A stretch of 64,000 nucleotides of DNA, from the NCBI RefSeq assembly GCF_021028975.2, contig NC_059427.1, positions 32,922,001 through 32,986,000 on the forward strand, read 5' to 3'. The notes beneath the pieces are model-generated. The model was not told where the DNA came from. It ran no database searches and was given only the letters and a program-made list of their open reading frames with translations. Of the stretch, positions 39,396-52,222 are shown piece after piece. The translations under genes were made by a program, and so were the position numbers. Every line of letters begins with the position of its first letter. Within the stretch, counting starts at the first letter, position 1. The DNA comes from Sphaerodactylus townsendi. Its lineage: Eukaryota.

Positions 39396-41704
39396 GCCAA
39401 CCTGACCAAACATTAAAACCTAGTCCTAGTTACAAGTATCAACTGAATCCTAAATGGTTCATAAATCCTTTTACATGAGACCCAGAGGGTGGCAGAGATA
39501 CCTCTTTTCAAATGTGAATTCCAAAATGGCAGAGTAAATGTATCTTTTTTGAGCAGATAATGGTAAAGGGAGTATTTCAATAAAAAATTAGAAACATACA
39601 TTTTCTTATAATAGTAACTTGGGCTGAACTATCCTTGGTTTATTCATTCCATGTGACTAGTTTCAACTAAACATCATAACAGAATATTAGTAGGTAATAA
39701 TGGTATCAAATATTAACAATTATTATCTGGCCCAAAGGCATAAAATAGTCCTAGACTACATTGTGATTTTGAGAGAAAAACCTAGCCCTACTAGTAATGA
39801 GGTAGAATTAAGTGCAGAGTTGAATTAGAAAAAGCAATTCTCCTTTTCGTTTTCTGTTTATTCTTATATGTATGTATTTCTTCAACATCCAATCACTTAT
39901 GCCTTTTTTTTGTATGTAACAATGTTATCCAGTTGCTCATGGGTATTCACCTGAATAACATCAACAGCATCATTCAAACCAAATCAGACTCTTGGAAATA
40001 AGTTTTCTGCATTTATTTTACCAGAATCCATCCACGCAAATCTCATAGTTCAAAAAGGAAAGTGAACGGAGGATTGTGTTATATTTCCCAGACACAGGTT
40101 TCATACTCCTTCATTTTTCTTTTGATCCTGACTTTGATTTAACTTATCAAAGTTCAGCCTACCCTCATGAGAAAAGGATAGACCTGTAAATCTATGAGAC
40201 CTGGGAAGAGAAGAAAGAATAATTGATCAACTTGGTAAACTGCATGCATTAAAAAAAACCTAAGATTAGCAAAGCATCACAGCCTTCACAGGAATCAGGG
40301 ATTAACTGTTGTGGCTACTCACTCATTGAGGTCTGGAGATCTCTGAGAATTACAACAATCAATCTCTAGAAATCTTTGCTCCTGCTCCAGTGGGTAGAAA
40401 CTGTGACATTGTACCCCATTCTTTCCCTTCTCCAAACCCTGCCCTCCTCAAACTCCACCCCTAAAATCTCCATTAATTTCCCAACCCAGAGTTGGCACCC
40501 TTTGGTCTGGCCCCGTTGTCCACCAGGAAGACTCTTCTACACACATTTCACAGTAGTTGTTTCCGGTCTCTCATTATTGATGTTAATGTGGCTTGTAGAG
40601 GAAACAGCCAAGGGGGTTGTGCCTTCTGAACTCAAAGTTACTATCAATATGGAGGCTTTGGCGGCTGGAAAACTTTATATCATTATTTTTCAGTGCTAAC
40701 CAAATATCAGAGGTAAATAGCCCAGATAATATGCTAGGGGCAATATGTTACGGATGACGTACTAAAATTGTTGCAAGATCTGCAGTTTAGCAGAATGCAA
40801 CTTCTACAGATGTTGCTGCTAACTGCTGAAGTGTCAGATCTATTTAGGAGTAATGACTTAATATTTGGATGTATTTGCATGCATAACTGTAACGTCATTC
40901 AAACAGCTATGCTACATGTTATGCAGAATGAGTTAGTAAGCTGACAAATTTTTGGACTGTACTGCTTCCGACTGCAAGCTGGGATTACATGGTTGAGCAC
41001 TCCCCTGCATAACCAAGTCTCTGAATTTCAAACAATAGCACATCTGGGAGGGATGTTCAATATAGCCCTCACTATCACTGGAAACTTTTTCCATGGGGGA
41101 GAATTCAAGAACCATTTCTCCTTCCCTCAAAATATTAGAACTCGGAGTCATCCAATGAAGTTGATTGGCAGTAGATTCAAGCTAGCCAAAAGGAAACATC
41201 AACTCACACAATCCATTATCTTATGGTAAAATTCAGATTTCTATCACCTGAACATGTGCTGTTTTGGAACCAGTATTAGGCCATTAATAATTCAGATGCA
41301 GTAGTAGTAGCTTAAATTTACAGTTGTCCTATCGTGAAAGTACTTTTGTGAGCTGGTGCTCAATTCTGACATGAATTCTCCCATTGTTCCATTTGTACAT
41401 TATCCCCAAAATTGATGGCCCATTTTGTCACATACTCTTTCATTCATTCTTCTTGTGTTGCACATCTGAACAAAAGCTTATACATTTCACAGCTGCCAGT
41501 TCTTTGGCTGGTTGTTGGCCTTTCATTACAAGTTGAGCTTCACCTAGAGGCCTAGGTAGTTGTAATGTATTGGTGTAGTATTCATGTGGATCCCAGAAGG
41601 TCTGCCTTCTGAATCTGACAGATGTTAATTTTGTTGATTTGAAGATGTTTCAAGTGCTGCCCTAGTGTTTTCAGAATGGTTCTCAGGGTGCTGATTACCA
41701 CTGG

Positions 41705-42841
41705 AGCTGTTTTTTTCACAGCCAAATTGTACAATTGTTAGCATGGGGAATATCCCAGTGCAGCCTGGAATTCTTCATGGTCCTCGAAGCTGCATTGGGT
41801 CTGCACCTGAGTTCCACTGACATTTTCCTTTTTTCCCCTGTGACTTTCAAAACCCACCAAATTGCAGGTTCTTTTGAAATGCCCCTTTGTGACTCTGCTT
41901 CCCTCTGTGGTCCGTTCCACACGGGCCTCGCAAGCGGGGGTGCTTCGACATGCTTGCCACCAGTGCACCCCCAGGAACGTTCACACAGTGCCCTGCAAAC
42001 AGGCCCAGTGCCCCAGTGGCCCATGGGGCCGCGTACGGATGAGCACACCGGCCCAGATCCCTCTTACATTGTCTACTGACTGCAGTCACACTGGAGAGGC
42101 CAGGGGACATACCCCCATGGTCATGACAATGAAGTCCTCCCCCACAATGGTGATTTTACTGGCCCCACACCGGTTTATCTGGCCTGTGCAGAACAGGCCT
42201 GTGTGCTTCCACTACCATGAAAAACACAATGGCAGCAGAACCGGGGGCATTTTTCCTGCCTCGCTGCTCTGGCCGACCACCTAAATGTGTGTTTGAGAGA
42301 GTGGCCGCACTCCCATTTGTGGCGCCCTCCACCCACCCTGGTCTAAAATGTGTGTTTGGGAGAGTGGGCGCATTCCCATTCACGGCACCCTCTACCACCC
42401 TCCCCCCATCTAAAATGTGTGTTTGACAGAGTGGGTGCACTCCTGTTCACAGCACCCTCCACCACCCTGTCTATAATATGTGTTTGACAGAGTGAGTTCA
42501 CTCCCACGTGTGGTGCCCTCCACCGCCCCCCCAGTCTAAAATGTGTGTTTGGGAGAGTGGGCGCATTCCCATTTGCAGCACCCTCTACCACCTCCCTCTG
42601 TCTAAAATGTGTGTTTGGGAGAGTGAGCACACTCCTGTTTGCAGTACCCTCCACCCCCCCTCATGGTGCAAAAGGAAAAGCCCTGGGCTCGCGTGGAAAC
42701 AGCTGGAGTATAACACACCAGCCCTGCCTCAACTTCTGGGAAGAACCGGGGAGTTGTGGCGAATCAGAAACAAGGGGAAAAGCACCGTGGCACGTAAGAT
42801 CCAGGATCTACGAGGGGGAAATTTGGCCATGAAAAAAGGCC
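41705..42841. mobile_element. Harbinger-type non-autonomous element (1.14 kb) with an internal minisatellite
   Basis: AGCTGTTTTTTTCACAGCCAAATT and rc GGCCTTTTTTCATGGCCAAATT; TSD TGG; splits the R4 ORF. Confidence 0.78.
42281..42660. repeat. Minisatellite, ~61-67 bp x6
   Basis: Units start ctaaaatgtgtgtttg at 42281, 42343, 42410, 42471, 42536 and 42602. Confidence 0.92.
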
Positions 42842-43802
42842 TGGATGACCTCAGCTGGTTTGTGACATAGATGCTGAAGCTCAATTTTCAGATCATGGTA
42901 TTTAGTGACCTTTTCATGTTCTTTTTCAATGCCCCTGCTATCACCGGGTACTGCTATGTCGATGATGGTCATTTTCTTGTCCTCGATCACTGTGCTGTCC
43001 AGTGTATTACATTTTATCAATAACATGATTATTATTCATGCTTCGTTTAACTTAAAACCCAGTCTTTGAGTCTTCAAAACCATGGGATAATTTATCTATT
43101 TCAAATCTTTCTAATAATTGTACATTAAAAAACACCAATTACAAGTATTTCCTTCTACAAATAATTTATTTCTTGATTTCATTTTACTGAGGGGCAAGAG
43201 CGTTCTTAACACAAAACTATTCCAGTGCTTATAGCACTATTTAGAGTAGTTATTCTTATGGTTGTTATAATCACTGTGTCTGCAGCCTGTCAGATCCTGA
43301 CAGATGCCTCTTTACTTCCATAAAATGAGAAACAAAACAATCAGATTGCAGAAACTCATAGGCTTTGATATCTGATCACGTCTAGACAGCCCATGTCCCA
43401 GACTCGTAAAGACCATTTTCAAATGCTTTGCATCGATAATTTGACATGCTGTTGGCATGAGATGTTGAGCATTAAAACTGCTTCCCAAGAGCTATTCCCT
43501 TTCCCCTCTACATTTGTCATTATCAGATACCAATAATACCTGTTCTTGTTAAGGTGAAACCATTTTTCCCTATCTGTGTCATACTGATGTCTGATTCATA
43601 CATGCATGCTTGTGGCTTGGTGACAGTACCATCAAAGAAGCCCTCACAAACTCATACACTAGAAGTAGAAGTTGCATATTGGCCTGCATCCTGAGCAAAA
43701 TTTGACGACCTCATCCAGTGGCTCTTTGTCCAGAGGCCATCTCCATCTCCCTCAGTCGGAGGAACCAGCACTTAAGTTTGAGGAAGGTTTCTTAGGCTAA
43801 AG

Positions 43803-43988
43803 CAGTGGTTCTCAACCTTTCTAATGCTGCGGCCCTTTAATACAGTTCCTCAGGTTGTGGTGACCCCCAACCCTAACATTTATCCATTTCACAGATGGAG
43901 AACACTGATGCAGAGAGTCTTAGGTGACCCCTGTGAAAAGGTCGTTCGACCCTCAAAGGGGTTGTGACCCACAGGTTGAGAACCACTG
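43803..43988 (+). mobile_element. SPIN-type (hAT-Charlie; URR1-like) MITE, 186 bp
   Basis: Perfect 16-bp TIR CAGTGGTTCTCAACCT; 5' arm ctaatgctgcggccctttaatacagttcctc...gtggtgacccccaacc; TSD GGCTAAAG/GGTTAAAG. Confidence 0.85.
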
Positions 43989-44415
43989 GGTTAAAGGAAC
44001 TTCCTCCAGTCCAAAGTATGATATATCTTATGTCTTCTCAAATGCATGAAGCTTACCCACTGTGCTGTCAGGAGAGGAGAGCTGCTGGATTGATGAACTG
44101 CTCAGGCAGAGGACATAATACTGCCTCTTCTACCAACTGCCTCCTCCAACTGGAGGCAGATGAGGCCAAGAGCTGCTAGGAGAGGAAATCTGCAGAGCAG
44201 AGCAGGTAGACGACACGACGCCATGCCACCAAGGACACGACACTGCTTCTTCTATCTGTTCATTCCAACTGGAGGCTGCTTTGGCTAGGGGCTGAAGAGA
44301 GGATCAGGAGTTGGCTTGGTTGAGTGAAAAAATGGTAGCAGGCTGGGTTCTAGTAGAGTAGTGTGGTATAATGGAACGATACTGGGGCTTTAATAGTATT
44401 AGTGGGGTTTTAAAA

Positions 44416-44504
44416 GCATTAGGTGGCTATGGGAAAGAGTGGACTGAAACTCCAATATTGCATTAGCTGGCTATGGGAAAGAGTGGACTGAAACTCCAAT
44501 ATTG
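44416..44504. repeat. 44-bp tandem duplication
   Basis: cattaggtggctatgggaaagagtggactgaaactccaatattg x2 with one mismatch. Confidence 0.9.
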
Positions 44505-44899
44505 GGAGGTTGGGCCTGGAAATTGAGAAGGCAGTGGTTGAGGTGGGAGATCAGTTTGAGGGCCAGGCACCACACTGAGTGGCAGTCAGAGTGGACACCC
44601 TGTTTCTGATTGGGATTGTGGAACCCCTACTTGTTCCCTAGGTGAGAGCTGGAAAATGCACTACCATAAAAGGGCCAAAGGAGTGAGAGGGGACAGTTCA
44701 GTGGCTGGTGGTGCTGTCATGTGCCTGGGTGGGAAGAGTGCAAGGCAGATGGGGGTAGCATCTTAGTACTTATGGGCAGGGGCAGATTTGGTGATGGGCT
44801 GCAGCCAAATAAATTTTGGAGAAGGGGCATGAGATGCCTGCATGCTATTGCCCCGTCTGGGTTGCCACTCAGCTCACAGAGTCTTGGGTGACATGTCAA

Positions 44900-45695
44900 T
44901 CGGCCACAGCTCTGGTGGATCTGTTGGTGAATGTGAGGTCAGTCCAAAATAAAACAACTACCATCCATGACTTAATCATGAATGAGGAGGCCAACCTGGT
45001 GAGCATTACGGAGACCTGGGTGGGAGAGCTGGGAGGTCCTGCACTGACTCAACGTTGCCCACCAGGCTACACTGAACAACACCAACCTAGACAGGTGGGA
45101 TGGGGTGGAGGGGTCACTGCAGTTCATAAAGAGGTGTTTACTATCCCTTCCACTCTATAGCTGGGATAGAGGGATTGTACCTGACATTGGGACAGAGAGA
45201 CAGAACAGCTGATGTTGGTTTACCAGTCACCCCACTGCCCAGCAGCATCCCTGTCTGAGTTGCAGGGGCACTCTTGGAGATGGTGTTGGAGGCTCCCAGG
45301 ATTATTATCTTGGGGGACTTCAGTCTTCACTTTGAGGATGCTCATGTTCATAGTCTTGGAAACTCATGACAACCATGGAGCTGCCTCAGTATATTTTAGA
45401 CCCCATGTATGCAGCAGGACGTACCCTTGACCTGGTTTTTGCCACTGACTGGGCAGGGAGTGATTGATTGGTCGGAGGGATGTGCTGTACAACCATTGTC
45501 ACGGACAGATCATTATCTGGTGAAATTTGGAGTGAGGTTGCCCTTCCACTGTTTTTAGTTTAGGTAAGTTTTTAGGCATTTTTATCTGTGTTATGATGCT
45601 GTTTTTATTGTAATGAGGGAAACATTTTTGGATGGTTGTAACCCATCCTGGGTTGCATTTGAACAGTGGGATGGAAATTAACTGACTAAATAATA
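44900..45695 (+). mobile_element. Degraded L2 LINE: APE endonuclease region joined to a 3' tail
   Basis: LLVNVRSVQNKTTTIHDLI...ITETW...PPGY...GGGV endonuclease motifs; T-rich 3' UTR from ~45550. Confidence 0.75.
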
Positions 45696-45699
45696 CTGT

Positions 45700-45876
45700 G
45701 TCAGACCTTTGGTCTATCAAATGCCAGTATTGTGTAGTCCGAATGACAACAGCTATCCAGTCTCAGATGGAGGTCTTTCATATCACTTACTGCAGATCCT
45801 TTCAGCTTGGGATGTCGGGAATCAAATGTCACTTTTTCTGCATATAAAGCAGATGCTCTAACACTGAGGCACAGCC
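45700..45876 (-). mobile_element. tRNA-derived SINE, second family (Squam2-like)
   Basis: rc ggctgtgcctcagtgttagagcatctgct...tttgattcccg tRNA-like head. Confidence 0.55.
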
Positions 45877-46336
45877 TGCTTCTCATCAGCTCACACATTC
45901 AGCTGTTAGTCATCATAAATGTACCATAGTCAAGTCCCTGATGGTTTGCAGCTGAATGAGTGTGAGGTGACAGAAACACTGAAAAGAATAGCATTTGAGA
46001 TAATATAAGACAGTTATTCCTCACATTGTTCCTATGGTCACCATGGCATCCATCAGTATCTTGCTTTGTTCTCAAAGCCCCTCTTCTGCAAAATAAAGAG
46101 CCAGTCCTAAATGTCACTATAGGAGTAGGAAGTGCTTTGAAAGATCCCAGGGGACAACCATTTGGAAATAGGCACCTCCATTATAGAGGGATGCTTGGTC
46201 TGGGACTTGTGACTATGGACCGTGAAACCAGGGCAATTGTTTATTTTCACATTTATTTTAAATGTGCCCAGAAGAGTCAGGTGACAGGAACTGGGCTCCT
46301 CTGGAGTTAGCCCATTTTAATCAAATGCCAAAGGGA

Positions 46337-46798
46337 CAGATGCATAGCTAGACTAGAGCACGCCTGGTGCACAATCTGGCTTTTGCGCCCCCCTCCGGCG
46401 CCCCCCCGCAGCACCCCCACCCCCCGCAGCGCCCCCCATGGCGCCCCCCTGCGGTGCACCACCCCACTTACTTTTAGGAAAGGAGCAGGCCAGAGAAGAA
46501 GGCCGGAAGCCTGCCTGCATTGCCTGGGCCTGGTGGGAATTACATTTCCCAGGAGCCCCTGGGAAATGTAGTTCCCACCAGGCCCAGGCAATGCAGGCAG
46601 GCTTCTGGCCTACTCCATTCCTAAAAGTAAGTGGGGTGGTGCGCCACAAGGGGGGGCGTGCCATGGGGGGGCACCACGGGGGGCACCACGGCGGCATGGG
46701 GGGAGGGGAGGGGAGGGGGGATTTTTCCACCCCCATGTGACTAGAAATGGTGCACCCGGTGTGTTGTGCACCCCTGTCCCCTGGTGGCTTCACCACTG
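46337..46798. mobile_element. Non-autonomous hAT-like element with a long internal hairpin
   Basis: CAG...CACTG ends; imperfect 8-bp TSD CAAAGGGA/CAAATAGA; inverted arms 46455-46642. Confidence 0.65.
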
Positions 46799-48889
46799 CA
46801 AATAGAGAAGATGAAAGCTGGTCATATGAAACTTGAGAAGAAGACTACATGAGAGATGGCCTGATTAGGAGAATTTGGGGGTATCTCCCACGAGGGATAG
46901 GATCCCTAACTCTTTTTTTCCCACCTAAGCAGGCAGAGGGTTTAAAAGGAGGAATCTTCCTTTAGTTCTAGCTTCAAATATTTGACCCGGATACTGTGAC
47001 CTATGCTGGGACACAAACTCCTCTGCAAAGGGGCAGTAAGGAGCTTGGGGGGGGGGTGTATGCTCCATCTAAATCTAATATGTATATTAAAGAGTTCAAG
47101 AAGGAATTGCATGCACAAATTAATTTGGGAAGAGTTTTGACCAAGGGCAACTGAGAACTCAGGTTAATACAACCAGGACTGTTGAAGTAAGAGAAGTGTT
47201 AAATGGAAATGAGAACTATCCTTAATATAATTTAATTGCAGTGACATCTCCCTTCTGAACTGAGAAATTCTGACTTTTTCACACGGGCAAAAGGATTTTG
47301 TAATAGTGTCACCTCTCAAATTATACCCAGCAAGCAAAAAGTCGGCCTTAATATGTATTGTAAAATCCCTATATTGGTGTCGTATCTGCTTAGGTCTGCT
47401 TCCAGAGTAATTACTCATGAATAACTCGTTTTCTGAGTTTTAAGAAATCTTTTGACATCTCATTATTTTCTTTTGTTAAAATATCCTTGCGTTGCAAAAG
47501 TTCACTAGCAAGCCATACATAATATCAGTTCACCTGGCAAAGCATATCTGCCTGAATCCTTTTCTTTCCACTTGAAGGATAACTATCAAACTTACAAAAC
47601 TGACTTTCATCCAGTTCTTTAAAGCAATACAGTGTAGCCCCCTTTGGACTAAACCCAGTTTTCTCTCTTATCCCAAGGATATTTACTGGACAGTGTACAA
47701 GAGAAGAATTTATACAGGTTATTGTTAGTAATCCCTGTTAATTCATCCACTGATGTCTTTCATGCAGCTGCTGAAATCTATTTACTTTTAATTTCAAACT
47801 GCCACAAGGAGATTTACAGAGTCATAGAACAAAGGTCTGAATTCACTCCTGAAGCTCACAGTAGCCCTCCATGCACAGCCTCTTCCTTCCGACACGTAGA
47901 GGGGGAGAACAGGCACAATTGTGTTGGCCCCTCCCTCTGCCTCCATGTGATCACTATCTCACCCTGTTTGTGTGCTAGATAGTAACGATTCACTTGATGA
48001 TCCTGTCATGCTGACTCAGTGTGTTAGTCGACCATTCAGTCAACCAATCAATCTTTATTACGGTCATACACTAGCATAAGGTAAATTAAATAAAGGATAT
48101 ATCATAAAGAACAAAACATATTAAAACAGTAAAGCAAAAGTACTAAAGGGGTAAAAAACTTAAAAAGAGGATAGGTATAAAATGACATATGTTCTCCGTA
48201 CGGTGGAGGGAACCTTTTGCATCTCCAGATAGCAGAGGATCATACAGATTTACTTGCCAGTATTCCCTGCCGCCACGTCACCACGCTGGTGAGGCTGGAT
48301 GGGAATCTTCTGTAGTCCATAACATCTGGAAGTGCAAAGAGTTGTTCACCATCACTGACATAGTCAGTCCAATCCAGAGGCCAAGGCGGCCAGGACAGAG
48401 CTACCACTATGTCACGCCTCCAGAGGGAAGCAGGGAAAACACTGGAAAGTCATCCATGGGACTAAATGGACTTAAACCATGCTTTTGAGTGATATAAGTC
48501 CAAGGGCTCAGATGCTGCACACCCAACCCTAAACCCCAGTAGGAAGCTTACTAATGTCGGCTCCACCCCCAGGAATGCTCCAGCCCTCCCCCCCCCATGC
48601 TGGCATCCAATCAGATGCCAGCATTGCTCTGCAGTGGCCCCAATTTCTGGATGTCGTCATCACAGAACTGAGGGATAGTTGGATGCCATGGCGCATTTGC
48701 TCCCTGGAACCATCATCAGGCTGCCACATAGGCGGCGAGACTGTGCAAGGTTGTGCTGCTCCCTCAAGCTCTTTCTGATAATAAAATTACTAAATGACTG
48801 TAAGTATCACGTCACTAAGCCTGCTGTGTTGCACAGACCAACCTGTGACGTATTTCAAGTGCTGCTACACAGCACTTGACCTCACTGTA

Positions 48890-49344
48890 AGTTATTTTTC
48901 TCTCTTTCTCACAATACTAGAACCAGGGGGGATTCATTGAAAATGCTGGGGGAAGAATTAGGACTAATAAAAGGAAACAATTTCTTCACACATAGCGTGT
49001 GAGTTGGTGTTTGGAGATGTGCTGCCACAGGGAGGTGCAGGATGGCCACTAACCCGATAGCTTTAAAAAGGGGCTTTGGACAGATTTTATTGAGAGTGAG
49101 AAGCTCGATTTATGGCTACCTCTCAATCTTGATCCTCTTTGATCTGAGATTGCAAATGCCTTCGCGAGACCAGGTGATCCAGGGAGCAACAGCCGAGAAG
49201 GCCATTGCTTTCTACATCCTGCATGTGAGAGCTCCCCAAAGGCACCTGGTGGGCCACTGCAAGTAGCAGAGAGCTGGACTAGATGGACTCTGGTCTGATC
49301 CAGCTGGCTTGTTCTTATGTTCTTATGTTCTTATGTTCTTATGT
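48890..49344 (+). mobile_element. CR1 3' end, (TTCTTATG)n subfamily, indel-rich copy
   Basis: Same sequence as 27152-27503 but with many 1-nt indels; four tail units. Confidence 0.9.
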
Positions 49345-50209
49345 CAGGACTGGTGTCTGTGAGCAACATGGAGATATAAAAATTGTTCTTATATGACCCT
49401 GAGAGTGAACGCCAAGCAATGGTGGTGAAATAAAACGAATACAAAAGTTAGTTGACCATGATCATGGGATACCACTAGAAGAAGCATTTTTGAATTATAT
49501 TTCCTTTTGTTAGTTTCCATAAAGAATGCAATATAATTTTTTTCTAATAACATTTTCATGAGGGGTGGGAAAGTTCACATCCATGCTTTTTATTTCTTTT
49601 TGGGGTTTTGAGAATGTCTCTTTATTGTTAGGGGTAAAAACAAACCTTACACTCAATTCCATGTCTTCTCTGGTTCTCAAAAGTCATAGAGAAAATACTG
49701 ATAGCATGTATGTTAACTACTACTTGGCTGACTTTGCTAGAATTATCCAGGGAATGGTTAGCAAATAAGCAAGATACCCAATATGTTGACAGGTGAAGCA
49801 GAAAGGTGGCCTTGATATTTGCAGAAAGCTATTTTCTGAGGTTCTCCTAGGAATAGTCCTGGAGAGATAAGGATGAGAGAATTCAAAAACTATTATTATT
49901 ATTTTCCTAAAGAAATTTAAAGGTACAGATATTTAATGTAAGCACTCAGGGGAGTTTGAAATGTAAAACTTGCCCTCAATATGCATGGCTGTTGGGGAAT
50001 TACCACTAATGGTAGACTTGCAAGGTAAGCCAGAGTAGGACAAATAAAGGTAGGGCACCAAATATCCTGGAGAAGAAGGGTGAAGGTATCTACAGAATGA
50101 AAGGTAAGTGGCAAACTCAGGCAGGATATAGGCAAGAAAGATGCTTAGAATGTTTTGAGAGGCTCAGAAGTTCCCTAGGGTTTTCAATCCCCAACTGTCT
50201 AGATTGGAA

Positions 50210-50350
50210 CATAGGTGACAAACCCACGGCCCTCCAGATGTTATGGACTACAGTTCCCATCATCCCCTGCCAGCATCATTCTGGCAGGGGATTATGGGAA
50301 CACAATGATCCAAGGACATCTGGAGGGTCAGCTGAAGTTATTGACCTGTG
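50210..50350. mobile_element. Degenerate palindromic hAT MITE
   Basis: ccctccagatgtt...acatctggaggg arms, related to 8535-8682. Confidence 0.65.
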
Positions 50351-50894
50351 AGTCTAGAAAGGACAATCATTTTAAAGAGGTATTCATTTTTCCATTTAGG
50401 TTTTCCAGGAAGGATTTAAACAAAATACTTTTATAGTTTATTTTATTGTCTGACTTTTTCTTAAGAATTGAACCTGATTGAAAATATTGGCACACAATTT
50501 CATACCTTTTGAATGAACAATGGCTGCATAGTGAAGACCTGGGTATAAATGTTGCTAAACTTTTCAGTAAGTTTTTTTAAATTATTATTCATTTGTTTTT
50601 ATGAGTTCATGATTACACATACAATTAATTAATTAATTTCTGCTTTTTGTTTTACAGATACTTATCTCGGTCATTTAAAAGGCACTTCTTGTCAATATTG
50701 TAACACTTTGTCAGATTGTAATATTTGGAACATGATTTCTGGCCACTGAAGAAGACCAATGAGTTGAAATATGTTTGAGTATAAAAATGTTGCTTGAGGC
50801 TTTATGTGTTATCATGTTGTGATTTTCATTGATGAATGTTTGGAAGCCTATTTAGGACCTGCCATCGCAACACAAGGATCAACACCAGAGATCA

Positions 50895-51350
50895 CCAGGT
50901 GTGGGGCCTATGGGTGCCATAATGTCTTTTCTGATATCTGCCAAGTGTTTTTAGGAAGTGAGTAGGGCTTTTGCTCAGCAAGGCTTCTGATTAACTATTG
51001 GAAACTTGATTGGCTGTGCAGATGTTTTTAAAATGTTGCTCTGGTAGCAGCTGCCACCACAACATAAGGATCTGCACTGTGTTACTGAAGTTAAGCTGTG
51101 GCAATCATTTTGTGACGGACTCCCCCTCCATTTTGTGGCAGCCATTTTGTTGCTGTGCCCACCATGTCAGAATTCCAAATGTGCCCACAGGCTCAGAAAG
51201 TCTGATCTTCACTGTAGCACTGAAGTAAAACTGTGACAATCATTTTATGAGTGGCTCTACTGCCTGTGGCAGCCATTTTGTTGCTGTGGTCCCCATGCCA
51301 TGTCAGAATTCCAAATTTGCCTGCAGGCTCAAAAAGGTTGGGCACCCTTG
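50895..51350. mobile_element. Old hAT-Charlie-like element with an internal duplication
   Basis: Right end aaaaggttgggcacccttg; duplicated ~125-bp block at ~51080-51330. Confidence 0.5.
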
Positions 51351-51384
51351 ATTTAGCAGAATGCAGAAGAAACAGTAGTTAGTT

Positions 51385-51460
51385 TGTGTGTGTGTGTGTG
51401 TGTGTGTGAGAGAGTGTGTGTGTGAGAGAGAGGGTGAGTGAGAGAGTGTGAGAGAGAGAG
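51385..51460. repeat. (TG)n/(GA)n compound microsatellite
   Basis: Directly visible. Confidence 0.95.
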
Positions 51461-52222
51461 AATATTTCATTTAAAAAACTCAACCCTAATGATTCTGCTA
51501 TCTGGATATGAAAATGTGGGACTCATTAGCACATCATCGGATGGCATAGGGTGGAACCAGACTTCTGTATCACTTTGTACCATTAGGTTAAACCATAATG
51601 AGAGCATTGTTTAGATCTAAAGGTAATAGCAAGCAAACTAAACAGAATGTAATTGAAATTGCTTGTGAAGCTCAGAATGCAAAGCGATGACTCCTAGCCT
51701 TTGATCTGCTCACCGCGTAGCATTATGTTTTTGTACCGACAGTCTCAGGATGCTTCATTTGAGGCACCAAAATGTCTGAACCCTTTAGGAACTGTCCCTT
51801 GGAATCAATTTTTGGTTTTGTCTCCTGTGCCTTTATAGGCCTTTATTCCCTTTTGAATCAATTCCATTTTTAAACTAATTGTTTAAAAGCCATGACTTCA
51901 TTTCCAGATTAAGAGAATCTCTGTAACACACTGAATTATCAATAAGAACAAAAAGGACAGAAACAATGCCTAGGAAGACGGTTTACTGAAAACATCTCTG
52001 ACAGTCAGAAGGTTTCCAAAAAGCAAATCATTTGTGTTTGCACATGCAAAATTGCATTCTAAATAAAGGGTAGGATCTTTGGTAAGGGAGGGGGGGGGGG
52101 GAAATTGCACTGTATCTCCCTTAACAAGAGAATTAGACCTCATCTATTATTCATACAAGAATATTGAAGTTCTTCTTTGCTGTCCAAGAAAGATGGCTTC
52201 AAAGCTGTGCAGTACAACTCAC

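Larger units (their letters stand above)
41475..42995 (-). mobile_element. R4/Dong-clade non-LTR retrotransposon 3' fragment (RLE endonuclease), interrupted
   Basis: IIDIAVPGDSRGIEKEHEKVTKYHDLKIELQHLCHKPAEVI (42995-42845) continues after the insertion as PVVISTLRTILKTLGQHLKHLQINKINICQIQKADLLGS (from 41704 down). Confidence 0.82.

Noticed and set aside
42281-42660. Regularly spaced repeats resembling a CRISPR array
   Set aside because: Whole units are homologous with no unique spacers, there are no cas genes, and the context is vertebrate; it is a minisatellite in a MITE.
48190-48780. Possible DIRS/LTR-internal fragment (also ~28960-29330)
   Set aside because: No diagnostic protein motif or termini could be read.
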